Shown here piece by piece: positions 24,247-32,000 of a stretch of 32,000 bases of DNA. This DNA comes from Thermofilum adornatum (GTDB lineage: Archaea > Thermoproteota > Thermoprotei > Thermofilales > Thermofilaceae). Made by a program: the position numbers and the translations under genes. Each line of letters opens with the position of its first letter. The first letter of the stretch is position 1. The stretch covers positions 930,001 through 962,000 of the forward strand of contig NC_022093.1 of NCBI RefSeq assembly GCF_000446015.1, given 5' to 3'. The notes under the pieces are model-generated. The model was not told where the DNA came from. It was given only the letters and a program-made list of their open reading frames with translations, and made no database searches.

Positions 24247-24993
24247 CTATTTAATGTTCCTCAGCTTCTCGATTAGGGCGTCTATACCTTCGATCCTTGA
24301 GACGGCTAAAGGTATATTTTCTCTCTTAGCTATCTCTAGCCCCAGCTCGTCAACCTTCTTGACACCATGAAGAACAACTAAGGCAGGTCTGAGTCCTCCC
24401 ATACCCGCCTGCATCGACTTGACTGCCACAAGCGGGCTCCGGCCATAAGCCACCCTTGTGAAAATAGCGGCTCTCTGAGTGGTTGCCCCGTAAAGCTTGA
24501 TGTAGTCATAGCTAGGCACGTCTAACACAAGCTTTACACTGTCTACCACGGTGTATCCAAGCAAAGGTGTCGCAGAGAATGCATGGCCAACGATTAGATC
24601 AGCTTCTATGGCTTCGCAAAACCTTGCGATAGAGATGGGGATGCTGAATTCTCTCATGTCGAGAACAGCTTCGCGCAGAAGATCTGAGCCGAGAAGTATA
24701 CGTCTAAGGCCACTTAGGACTATTCCTCCTCTTTCCATGTCTTTGAGTACTAGGCTTTTAACAAATTTTCTAATGAACCTAGCTCCGGGAGACTTTCTCC
24801 TCCCTGACTCATAGTCACTGATTACAGAGGCGGAGACCCCCATGATCTGTGCTAGCTCAACTTGGGTAAGGTTGAATTTTTCCCTCCATTTTTTCATCTC
24901 GGCGCCGGGATTATCAGACATTATGATTTCTCCGGCTATTTTTGAAAATATTTCTCTGATAGCTGGATCAGACATCAAATTTTCTTCAGCCAT
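24247..24993 (-). CDS. XRE-type HTH transcriptional regulator with an archaeal C-terminal domain (COG1395-like)
   Basis: Contains the HTH NLTQVELAQIMGVSASVISDYESGRR. I prefer the ATG at 24993 over the listed GTG at 25002. A TATA-like TTTATATAGC lies upstream. Confidence 0.7.
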   Translation of the reverse strand: MAEENLMSDPAIREIFSKIAGEIIMSDNPGAEMKKWREKFNLTQVELAQIMGVSASVISDYESGRRKSPGARFIRKFVKSLVLKDMERGGIVLSGLRRILLGSDLLREAVLDMREFSIPISIARFCEAIEADLIVGHAFSATPLLGYTVVDSVKLVLDVPSYDYIKLYGATTQRAAIFTRVAYGRSPLVAVKSMQAGMGGLRPALVVLHGVKKVDELGLEIAKRENIPLAVSRIEGIDALIEKLRNIK

Positions 24994-25058
24994 TTTTATC
25001 ACGTAAATATTTTCGTCAATTGCTATATAAATTTTTCACAGGCGTCGAAATATGGAGT

Positions 25059-25916
25059 TCAAGCTTTTGAGAGTATACCGTCGACGGCTATGTATACCCC
25101 TATCGCCGAGAAAGGTATAACTATAAACGTTAGAATCAGTACAAGGAGGCCGGGAGAAAGCCCAAAAACAGTTCCGCCTAACAGATCCATAATCATCAGC
25201 ATAGTGACAAACATCAGGGGTCCCGCCACCATTAGAGTGGTATATACTTCGGCGATCATGGATATAGAGTTAGTTATGTTTCGCAGTTTCTGTGTCTTGT
25301 CGGATAAGAGAACAGAGGAGTAGTGGGAAAGATAGCTTTTGAGGTTTCCACTGGTGATATAGGTTTCTCGTAACCCGAGCCACAGGGTGGTAAGCATCCT
25401 GCTGGGCGATCGCAGAGCTGCTCTCGATAGTGCAGTTAATGTGTCAAGGCCATAGACTTTTATGTCTCTGAGTATGAGAAGGATTTCTCTCTTTATCTGC
25501 GTGTTGGTCTCGTAGAGGCCTTCTCTTTCCAGAAGACGTTCGAGGCTCATTCCCGAGGATGAAAGGGCGCCCATGTATGACACAGTGAAGGGAAGGTCTC
25601 TTTCTATTTCCACTCGTCGAGAGTATCCCCTGTAAACCGGGTAATATAATAAGAGAAATAGCACTACAAGTGTAAATATAAGGGACAAGATAATGGATGC
25701 AATTATTGAGATAGGTATTGAGTACCTCAGCACAACGGTGTGGAGAAAGAAACTTAAGAAAAAAGACAGCGTAGCTACCACGGAGAGAGTAATTTTCAGG
25801 TATTTCATGTAAAGAGGGAAAGGTGTCGACAAGCCCGACTTGAAATAGTAGGACTCTAAAGCGTCTATAAGTGGCTTTAGGTAGCTTTCTAGGGGTCTTG
25901 TCTTATTGTTCATCAC
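25059..25916 (-). CDS. Single-domain T2SS-F/FlaJ/TadC-like membrane protein
   Basis: The pattern is N-terminal TM pair, then a cytoplasmic helical domain (DLPFTVSYMGALSSSGMSLERLLER...ILRDIKVYGLDTLTALS...), then a C-terminal TM pair. This matches the type IV pilus/archaellum platform-protein repeat unit as I recall it. Confidence 0.55.
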   Translation of the reverse strand: MMNNKTRPLESYLKPLIDALESYYFKSGLSTPFPLYMKYLKITLSVVATLSFFLSFFLHTVVLRYSIPISIIASIILSLIFTLVVLFLLLYYPVYRGYSRRVEIERDLPFTVSYMGALSSSGMSLERLLEREGLYETNTQIKREILLILRDIKVYGLDTLTALSRAALRSPSRMLTTLWLGLRETYITSGNLKSYLSHYSSVLLSDKTQKLRNITNSISMIAEVYTTLMVAGPLMFVTMLMIMDLLGGTVFGLSPGLLVLILTFIVIPFSAIGVYIAVDGILSKA

Positions 25917-25969
25917 TGAGGCACTAAGAATAGTGTCTTTTTGGGACTTTTATGCTTTATTTTCTCTTT

Positions 25970-27448
25970 TCACGGTGCGGGTTCGTGGATTCTTCCTCTG
26001 CTTATAATTTTTGTCGCTTTTATCTCTGCGAATTCTTTCTTTGTTTCTGGGGGCCTCGTGATATTTAGGATTACGAGGGATGGATGTTTCTTTGCTGGTC
26101 GATAATATAGCTCTAGTGCTTGCTCGAAGCTAAGCTTTTCGTGTATAGTATGTTTGCATATAGCTAGTTTCTCTGGGCATCCACGGTTGACAGCCGCGTA
26201 AATTCCAAGCCATGGGTTAATTGGTTCTACCGGGGAATCTGATGAGCCCATAAGGGTCGCGCCTCTCTCTATGAGGGTCTTGAAGGGGTAAACCCACTTG
26301 GTTCTCTCTCCGAGTCTTTCCTCTATCCACGTGTCGCTGAGGATAAAGTGTGGCTGTACAGCGATTTCTGGCTTCAATTTCGATACATAGTCTAACAGGT
26401 CTGGCGGAACCAATGAGCCGTGCTCGATTCTCACGGCGCCCTTGGGTAGCCTTTCTACTGTTTTAAGCACCTCTAGAACAGCTCGGTCCCCAATTGCATG
26501 TATAGCGGTCTGCCAGCCCTTTTCGTAGGCTTTCACGGCTACTCTGTATATTTCTTCGCTGTTTAGCCTGAGTATCCCCCTTGAGGGAGAGTCGTTGTAG
26601 TCTTCTCGCAGAGCAGCTGTTCTTCCTCCAAAGCTTCCATCGGCGAAGATTTTTACTCCTTTGACTAGATCTCTGAAACTTCCCAAATCGGCTTCCATAA
26701 GGGATGAATCGACATAGGCAAAATAGTCTATTGGCGGTGTGTCAGGTTGCCATAGTACTTCTTTTATCAGCTTGAGTTCTTCAAGTTCGACCGACATAGA
26801 GTAGAGCCCGGTTACACCTAGCGAAAAATATTCCTTGAGAACGTCCTTTATCCACTCCTTTACGAGTCCAGTTGGAGGTGGGGGAAGCCTCGACATTGTT
26901 GACTCTACAGCTTCCTCAAAGATCAAACCTGTGGGCCTGCCGTCCTCTTTTTGAAACAAGTTGCTGGGGAGCTCGTTTGCATGCGAGAGATACCCTAGCT
27001 TTTCCATAGCCCTTGTATTCAGAACGGCTACATGTCCACATATCCGGACTAGTACTACTGGATTCTCTGGCGAAGCCTCGTCTAGGTCAAAACGTGTTGG
27101 ATACCTTTTTTCCCTAAATTTTTCTTGGTCCCATCCCCTTCCAATGACCCAGGCTCCTGGCGGCACTTTCGATGTAGCCTCTTTTACTTTCTCCTTAAGT
27201 TCCTCTATCGACTCTACTTCTCTCAGATCCAGCCTACCGAAGCTTAGTGCGGTGGAATAGAGATGCATATGTGCATCGACGAGCCCTGGGATAACGATTC
27301 TTCCTTCGGCGTCAATCAGTTTGGCAGGTTTTCTGCTTAAGATTCTGTTTGAGCTACCAGTTTCTATTATTCCTTTTTCAAAGGAGAACAACAAGGCATC
27401 GGCGTCAATCTGCCACGGGATATTGGCATTTACAATGGCTATTTCCAT
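25970..27448 (-). CDS. Metal-dependent amidohydrolase (Amidohydro_3 / COG1574-like TIM-barrel hydrolase)
   Basis: IPGLVDAHMHL (the HxH metal site), later AIHAIGD, and C-terminal GSDSPVEP. Confidence 0.8.
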   Translation of the reverse strand: MEIAIVNANIPWQIDADALLFSFEKGIIETGSSNRILSRKPAKLIDAEGRIVIPGLVDAHMHLYSTALSFGRLDLREVESIEELKEKVKEATSKVPPGAWVIGRGWDQEKFREKRYPTRFDLDEASPENPVVLVRICGHVAVLNTRAMEKLGYLSHANELPSNLFQKEDGRPTGLIFEEAVESTMSRLPPPPTGLVKEWIKDVLKEYFSLGVTGLYSMSVELEELKLIKEVLWQPDTPPIDYFAYVDSSLMEADLGSFRDLVKGVKIFADGSFGGRTAALREDYNDSPSRGILRLNSEEIYRVAVKAYEKGWQTAIHAIGDRAVLEVLKTVERLPKGAVRIEHGSLVPPDLLDYVSKLKPEIAVQPHFILSDTWIEERLGERTKWVYPFKTLIERGATLMGSSDSPVEPINPWLGIYAAVNRGCPEKLAICKHTIHEKLSFEQALELYYRPAKKHPSLVILNITRPPETKKEFAEIKATKIISRGRIHEPAP

Positions 27449-27520
27449 TAGGAAATCTAACTACTCTCCCTTTATTTTAATGTTTTCAGCCGAATGTAGG
27501 TGCCAAATATAACCGCATGC

Positions 27521-28402
27521 TCAGGTGGACAAAACATATAGACCTTTGCGTGTTAGTTCTACTTGGCCTTGTCGTATCTGTATGTAGCCGTAAAGGATGA
27601 GTCTTCTCGTGGTGTCCAGCGCTTTTTGGGGAAGCATTTCGCGTGCTATGTCGAGAAAGCTTCTGTAGCTCATCACGTGTCCCGTGGACTCGAGCTCTTG
27701 CAAGATTTCGCTTACAACGTTATCGTTTCCCGGGAACACCGTGCTAAGCATGTTTGGCGGTTTTCGAGGCTCGGGGAGCCTATAATTATACATGTCTGTT
27801 TGATAAACTTCTTCGTGTTCTAGGTTTGCATCTATGGTTGTGAGTATAGGAGCCCTAATTGCTTTAGGGAATTTTTCGGCCGTGGCTATCTTGTAGCCCT
27901 TGAGGCCTTTGAGCTGTAGTTTGTTCCACTGATCAATGTATGGTGGATTGAGTAGTATAATTTCACGTGTCCCCGTGGCTATCAGCGTGTGGATTAGGCT
28001 GGATAGGAATTCGGGGTCTAAGCTCTCTGCCTCTATGCATACTTTTTCTTTTCCCAGGGCGGCGAGGGCTGAGACGTTTGGCGCGAAAGGCAAGAGACAG
28101 GCACAGTTACTTTTTAGAGGAGTCTCGTCTGTGAATGTAGCTAGGTACAAAATTCCCTCCCAGTTTGTGGGAGACACGCCAGCGGCCTTTACCGGGTTGT
28201 TAGGCCCCTCAGAGGTCTTTAAAAGCAAAGTAAGCTCGTGGGGGGAAGATAGGTATCGATCCTTGTAGAGTGCCTGGGCTAGGAGATATTCTGGCGAAAA
28301 TATGCTTGGCCTCGAGTCGCATGTCCTAGTGATCCTAAAGGCATCTTGTTCGCAGTGAGATTCTCCGTAGTGTATTTCTATCCTTGTTTCGGGGTTTTGC
28401 AC
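27521..28402 (-). CDS. Hypothetical protein with an NPPY motif and a C-terminal winged-helix-like segment
   Basis: A 293-aa ORF with a GTG start. REIILLNPPY lies at aa 146-155 (nt 27938-27949 encode NPPY). It is preceded by LLPFAPNVSALAALG, which resembles a degenerate SAM-binding motif I. The C-terminal RRLILYGYIQIRQGQVELTRKGLYVL looks wHTH-like. Confidence 0.45.
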   Translation of the reverse strand: MQNPETRIEIHYGESHCEQDAFRITRTCDSRPSIFSPEYLLAQALYKDRYLSSPHELTLLLKTSEGPNNPVKAAGVSPTNWEGILYLATFTDETPLKSNCACLLPFAPNVSALAALGKEKVCIEAESLDPEFLSSLIHTLIATGTREIILLNPPYIDQWNKLQLKGLKGYKIATAEKFPKAIRAPILTTIDANLEHEEVYQTDMYNYRLPEPRKPPNMLSTVFPGNDNVVSEILQELESTGHVMSYRSFLDIAREMLPQKALDTTRRLILYGYIQIRQGQVELTRKGLYVLST

Positions 28403-28431
28403 TCTCGATACCTCGCAGTTGGTAACCCGAG

Positions 28432-28833
28432 TTATACGTGATACTTGGTTGTGTCTTCTGGCTTTGTCTGGGGTGGTTGGGGAACAGGTATTGATGGCGG
28501 GATGCCTAGTTCTCTTAGGAGCAACATGGTTTCGAAGAAGATATTTGAGGTAAGCATCTGTAGGAGCTGTGGGTCTGTTTTACCGGTTTTAAGTTTTTCA
28601 TGGAGATCCTGTAGCTCTCTTGGAGGAGCAGATATAGAAACCTTGCCTTTAAGCGAGACTGTGAAGAATGCGGGCAGGCTTGATACATTTGCAAGAAACT
28701 CTGCTACTAATTCATCGCCACTTATACTCGTTGAGACGGGGAAGGTAACCTGGATATTAACGTTTAGCTGTGCCTCAGCTTGCTCTGAAAGTTTTTCTGC
28801 ATGGATATATGTATAGGTAAGCGAGATCTTCAC
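28432..28833 (-). CDS. Hypothetical protein, possibly SecB-like fold
   Basis: A 133-aa ORF with a GTG start. The order of predicted strands and the helix region NIFFETMLLLRELGIPPSIPVP recall SecB (NILFPYARE...G.P...LP). This rests on pattern memory alone. Confidence 0.35.
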   Translation of the reverse strand: MKISLTYTYIHAEKLSEQAEAQLNVNIQVTFPVSTSISGDELVAEFLANVSSLPAFFTVSLKGKVSISAPPRELQDLHEKLKTGKTDPQLLQMLTSNIFFETMLLLRELGIPPSIPVPQPPQTKPEDTTKYHV

Positions 28834-28866
28834 AACAATTTTAATATGTTGAGAGATTAAAATATT
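28834..28866. promoter_or_regulatory. Compact divergent promoter with mirrored TATA-like boxes
   Basis: The 33-bp spacer reads AACAATTTTAATATGTTGAGAGATTAAAATATT. TTTTAAT and ATTAAAA are inverted copies about 10 bp apart. Each lies about 20-30 nt from the GTG start on the opposite side, which implies leaderless transcripts. Confidence 0.35.
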
Positions 28867-30738
28867 GTGGCAAAAAATATTATTGAAGGTACGCCGGGCG
28901 AAGTAAAGCTTCTAATGGGTAACGAAGCCATTGCCCGTGGCGCCTTGGAGGCTGGCGTGTCGATAGCTACTGCTTATCCGGGGACACCGTCAACAGAGAT
29001 CATTGAAACATTGGCAGAAGTGGGGAACAAATACGGCGTATACGTTGAGTGGAGCACAAACGAAAAAGTTGCACTCGAAATGGCTATTGGAGCCTCTATG
29101 ATGGGCCTCAGAGCACTGACGGCAATGAAGCACGTAGGCGTGAACGTAGCTTCAGACCCCTTGATGAGCCTAGGGTACACAGGTGTCGTCGGTGGGCTAG
29201 TAATCGTAACCGCTGATGACCCAAATGCACATTCAAGCCAAAACGAGCAGGACAATAGGATTTATGGGATCCACTCTTATATACCAGTCTTTGAGCCATA
29301 TTCGCCGCAAGAAGCAAAGGACATGACAAAAGACCTCTTCGACTTGTCTGAGAAATATGCCATCGCCGTATTCCTGAGGTCAACTACTAGGCTTTCCCAT
29401 AGCAGGGGAGAAGTAAAGCTGGGCGAGGTTCAAAATCTTGGAAGGAAACCAGTTTTCCATAGGGATCCTGAGAGGTGGGCCCTACTTCCTCCCTATAACT
29501 TGGCTAAGCACCGGGAGATCCTAGGCAAGCTTGAGAGACTAGAAGCAGACCTTGCTGGCTTCAAGTATAACTGGGTAGAAGAAGGGTCAAGCGACTTCGC
29601 AGTGATCGCTAGCGGTGTTAGCTATGCATACGTAAAGGAAGCAGTTGAGAAACTAGGAGTCAAACCGACTATCTTTAAACTGTCGAGCACTTTTCCTGTG
29701 CCTAGAAAGTTTGCCTTAGAGGCTTTGAAATATGGGAAGGTTCTTGTTGTAGAAGAGCTAGAACCTATAGTTGAAAACCAGCTCAAGGTCATCGCTTATG
29801 AAGAGGGGCTAAAAACACAGATATTTGGAAAGAACCTGATACCGCGCGTTGGCGAGCTTAACACTTCTATTGTTGCCTCCGCAATAAGCAAGCTGGCAGG
29901 TATATCTTATTCTCCACCAAATGCTCCAAAGGTTAATTTAGAGCTCCCCTCCAGGCCCCCAGTTCTATGTGCGGGCTGTGGACACAGGTCAACCTATTAC
30001 GCGGTAAAGCTGGCTGCTATGCGGGCACGCGTAAAACCTGTCTATGCAAACGATATTGGATGCTACACGCTGGGCTTCTATCCGCCCTTCAACATGGCAG
30101 ACTTCACTTGGAGCATGGGATCTGCTATAGGTATAGGCATGGGAATAGCAAAGTTCAGCGAGGAGCCTGTGATAGCATTCATAGGAGACTCTACTTTTTA
30201 CCATGCTGGTATTCCCGGCCTGATAAATGCAGTCTACAACGGTATACCTCTTCTAGTAATAGTTATGGACAACGGCATCACGGCTATGACTGGGCATCAG
30301 CCCCATCCTGGCTCTGGCTATGGCCCAACTGGCGAGACAAGGCCAGTAATAAGAATCGAGGACATTGCTAAAGCAGTAGGCGTAGAATTTGTAGAAGTAG
30401 TGGATGCATACGACGTAGAAGCCGTGAGAAGCACTACTGAGAAAGCCTTGAAATTTATAAAGGAGAAAAAGAAGCCTGCAGTAATTGTTTCCCGTAGACC
30501 GTGTGCATTAATGGAGCTCAGGAGAAAGAGGGTTCAAAACGAGGAAATAGTTCCCTACTACATAGACCAAGAAAAATGTATAAAGTGTGGAATATGTGTG
30601 GACAAGTTCTCTTGTCCAGCCATTGTTCGAGAAGGAGACAGGATCGTTATTATCCCTGAACTATGTGTGGGATGCGGGGTGTGCGCACAAATCTGTCCAG
30701 CAAAGGCGATAAAGCCCGTAAAGGGTATTAAAGGGTGA
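28867..30738 (+). CDS. iorA: Indolepyruvate:ferredoxin oxidoreductase alpha subunit
   Basis: N-terminal LMGNEAIARGALEAGV...AYPGTPSTEI, a TPP-binding region GDSTFYHAG...DNGITAMTGHQ, and two C-terminal ferredoxin motifs, CIKCGICVDKFSCP and CVGCGVCAQICP. Confidence 0.9.
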   Translation: MAKNIIEGTPGEVKLLMGNEAIARGALEAGVSIATAYPGTPSTEIIETLAEVGNKYGVYVEWSTNEKVALEMAIGASMMGLRALTAMKHVGVNVASDPLMSLGYTGVVGGLVIVTADDPNAHSSQNEQDNRIYGIHSYIPVFEPYSPQEAKDMTKDLFDLSEKYAIAVFLRSTTRLSHSRGEVKLGEVQNLGRKPVFHRDPERWALLPPYNLAKHREILGKLERLEADLAGFKYNWVEEGSSDFAVIASGVSYAYVKEAVEKLGVKPTIFKLSSTFPVPRKFALEALKYGKVLVVEELEPIVENQLKVIAYEEGLKTQIFGKNLIPRVGELNTSIVASAISKLAGISYSPPNAPKVNLELPSRPPVLCAGCGHRSTYYAVKLAAMRARVKPVYANDIGCYTLGFYPPFNMADFTWSMGSAIGIGMGIAKFSEEPVIAFIGDSTFYHAGIPGLINAVYNGIPLLVIVMDNGITAMTGHQPHPGSGYGPTGETRPVIRIEDIAKAVGVEFVEVVDAYDVEAVRSTTEKALKFIKEKKKPAVIVSRRPCALMELRRKRVQNEEIVPYYIDQEKCIKCGICVDKFSCPAIVREGDRIVIIPELCVGCGVCAQICPAKAIKPVKGIKG

Positions 30739-30744
30739 AAAGCT

Positions 30745-31335
30745 ATGGGTATAAGGTCTATTGTTGTTACGGGGATTGGTGGGCAGGGGCAGATAACAAT
30801 AGGGACGATTCTTGGGCAAGCCCTCCTCAGAAAGGGCTACAACGTAAGAGTAGGCGAGGTACATGGTTTGAGCCAGAGAGGCGGCTCAGTTGTAGTCTTT
30901 GTTAAATACGGGAAAGGGGTTCCATCATCCATCGTCACAGCCGGTGAGGCGGACGCCTTGATAGGGCTAGAGATGATTGAGAGCCTGCGAAGGGTTCCCC
31001 TTGTATCTCGGGATGGGCTACTAATAGTTAACGAGTTTTTCCTGCCACCACCTGCTAGTAAGCCACTTAGCAGAAAGGATGTTGAAGATGCCTTGAAAAG
31101 CATTGGAACAAAGACTGTTTTCATTAATGCAAACGAGCTGGCACTCAAAGCAGGCTCCCAGATAGCTTCGAACATAGTGATGGTGGGGGCCCTTGTAGGA
31201 TCCGGGAAGGTAGATCTTACACTTGAAGATGTTTCAAATGTTCTCAGTGAGCGCTTCAAGGGCAAAACCTTGGAGATCAATATGAATGCATTGAGGATGG
31301 GATACGAATACGTCACTAGTCAAGGAGGACTTTAG
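30745..31335 (+). CDS. iorB: Indolepyruvate:ferredoxin oxidoreductase beta subunit
   Basis: IVVTGIGGQGQITIGTILG is the gamma-domain GxGGQG motif. The gene sits directly downstream of iorA. Confidence 0.85.
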   Translation: MGIRSIVVTGIGGQGQITIGTILGQALLRKGYNVRVGEVHGLSQRGGSVVVFVKYGKGVPSSIVTAGEADALIGLEMIESLRRVPLVSRDGLLIVNEFFLPPPASKPLSRKDVEDALKSIGTKTVFINANELALKAGSQIASNIVMVGALVGSGKVDLTLEDVSNVLSERFKGKTLEINMNALRMGYEYVTSQGGL

Positions 31336-32000
31336 ATAAAAGTTTAAACACTAGGCTTGGCTTTTCAAATAAATATTTAAAACCAATTTCTCTTATTAAG
31401 AATGCCTGTCTATCCATGGAGCCTATCCTACTAATTAATTCTTCTCCATGCATCTCTTTTACTGTCCTGAAAATCTCGTCGAGCTCGGGGTCGCTTAAAT
31501 TATTTAGGACTTTCCTCAGGGCAAATTGTAGAGTTGTCTCATGGCCTAGTGTTGCCCTGACATTTTTCTCATATAAGGTTGGATCATTTCTTATGAGAGC
31601 ACTCGCAAGTAGTCTGGCAGCAATAGAGAGGTAGACAAGTCCTCCCCCAGTCGTGGGTTTGGTTTGACCTGCCGAGTCACCTATATAGAGCAAATCGCCG
31701 CGTAAAAGGTGTTTTACTAATCCACCCGTATACACTGTGCCGCCATAGGTCTTAATGACATGTAGAGGAGTTATCCCTATTCTTTCAAGCGTCTTTAGGA
31801 CATACTTCATTCTAACTAGTGTTTTCCCCTTGGTTGCGACACCCACCTTGTATGTTTCGTCTCCAAGCGGGATAGCCCATGCAAAGAGTCCGTTGGAAAA
31901 TTTCTCTCCCATGAATATAAGAACATGAGTTGTTATGCCTATGCTGTCTTTTACCTTTATATCATATTGGAGTGCAGGCAAAAGATGTTTTTTCTTATCT
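31316..32000 (-). CDS. Geranylgeranyl reductase-family FAD-dependent oxidoreductase, partial (N-terminus beyond the window end)
   Basis: LLYIGDSAGQTKPTTGGGL matches the GGR GD(A/S)AG...P.TG.G motif. The reading frame stays open past the listed TTG to position 32000, and the FAD-binding N-terminus is missing. The 3' end overlaps iorB by 20 nt (convergent). Confidence 0.7.
   Translation of the reverse strand, partial: DKKKHLLPALQYDIKVKDSIGITTHVLIFMGEKFSNGLFAWAIPLGDETYKVGVATKGKTLVRMKYVLKTLERIGITPLHVIKTYGGTVYTGGLVKHLLRGDLLYIGDSAGQTKPTTGGGLVYLSIAARLLASALIRNDPTLYEKNVRATLGHETTLQFALRKVLNNLSDPELDEIFRTVKEMHGEELISRIGSMDRQAFLIREIGFKYLFEKPSLVFKLLSKVLLD

Noticed and set aside
1363-31316. Long antisense ORFs inside confidently called genes (for example 1363-1857, 2146-2475, 3210-3524, 15985-16523, 17762-18421, 19111-19521, 22333-22842, 28445-28816, 30837-31316)
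   Set aside because: Each lies entirely within a gene that has strong family motifs on the other strand. They have skewed Ser/Arg/Pro composition and no recognisable domains, which is the typical mirror-frame artefact of moderately GC-rich coding sequence.
1-32000. CRISPR arrays, IS elements, integrases, prophage or toxin-antitoxin modules, and rRNA genes
   Set aside because: I saw no regularly spaced direct repeats, terminal inverted repeats, transposase/integrase-like ORFs or rRNA-like sequence while reading both strands. The window looks like core chromosome.

Overview
The window looks like a gene-dense core chromosomal region of a thermophilic archaeon, probably crenarchaeal or TACK-like. 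Supporting evidence: archaeal-type phosphoglycerate kinase, an HMG-CoA synthase/thiolase/DUF35 trio, a PAC2/PbaB-like proteasome chaperone, a GC-rich tRNA with genomically encoded CCA and a non-canonical intron, AT-rich TATA boxes about 25-30 nt upstream of starts, and frequent GTG/TTG starts. I support about 38 protein genes: a cbiMNQO-type ECF metal transporter; two UbiA prenyltransferases (MenA-like and heme O synthase); a Nudix hydrolase; a bacterial-type GAPDH; a metallophosphoesterase fusion protein; a predicted extracytoplasmic propeller/thioredoxin operon; UPP synthase; DeoC; the mevalonate-entry operon; a NOL1/NOP2/Sun RNA m5C methyltransferase; PGK; Hsp20; an amidohydrolase; IorAB; and a partial geranylgeranyl reductase. 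I saw no CRISPR array, IS element, integrase or rRNA. The strongest finding sits in the only sizeable ORF-free gap (7317-7827). It holds an intron-containing tRNA-Glu(CUC) and, about 150 nt downstream on the same strand, an apparently textbook dual-guide C/D box sRNA with its own promoter. The sRNA's D guide is perfectly complementary (13 bp) to the exon-intron junction of that neighbouring pre-tRNA. Its D' guide aligns imperfectly with the tRNA anticodon loop and places the predicted methylation site on wobble position 34. Other points worth follow-up are a probable -1 frameshift (or homopolymer error) splitting a roughly 860-aa surface protein, and several uncharacterised gene pairs. All functional calls rest on motif recognition by eye. 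No database search, folding or alignment software was available.
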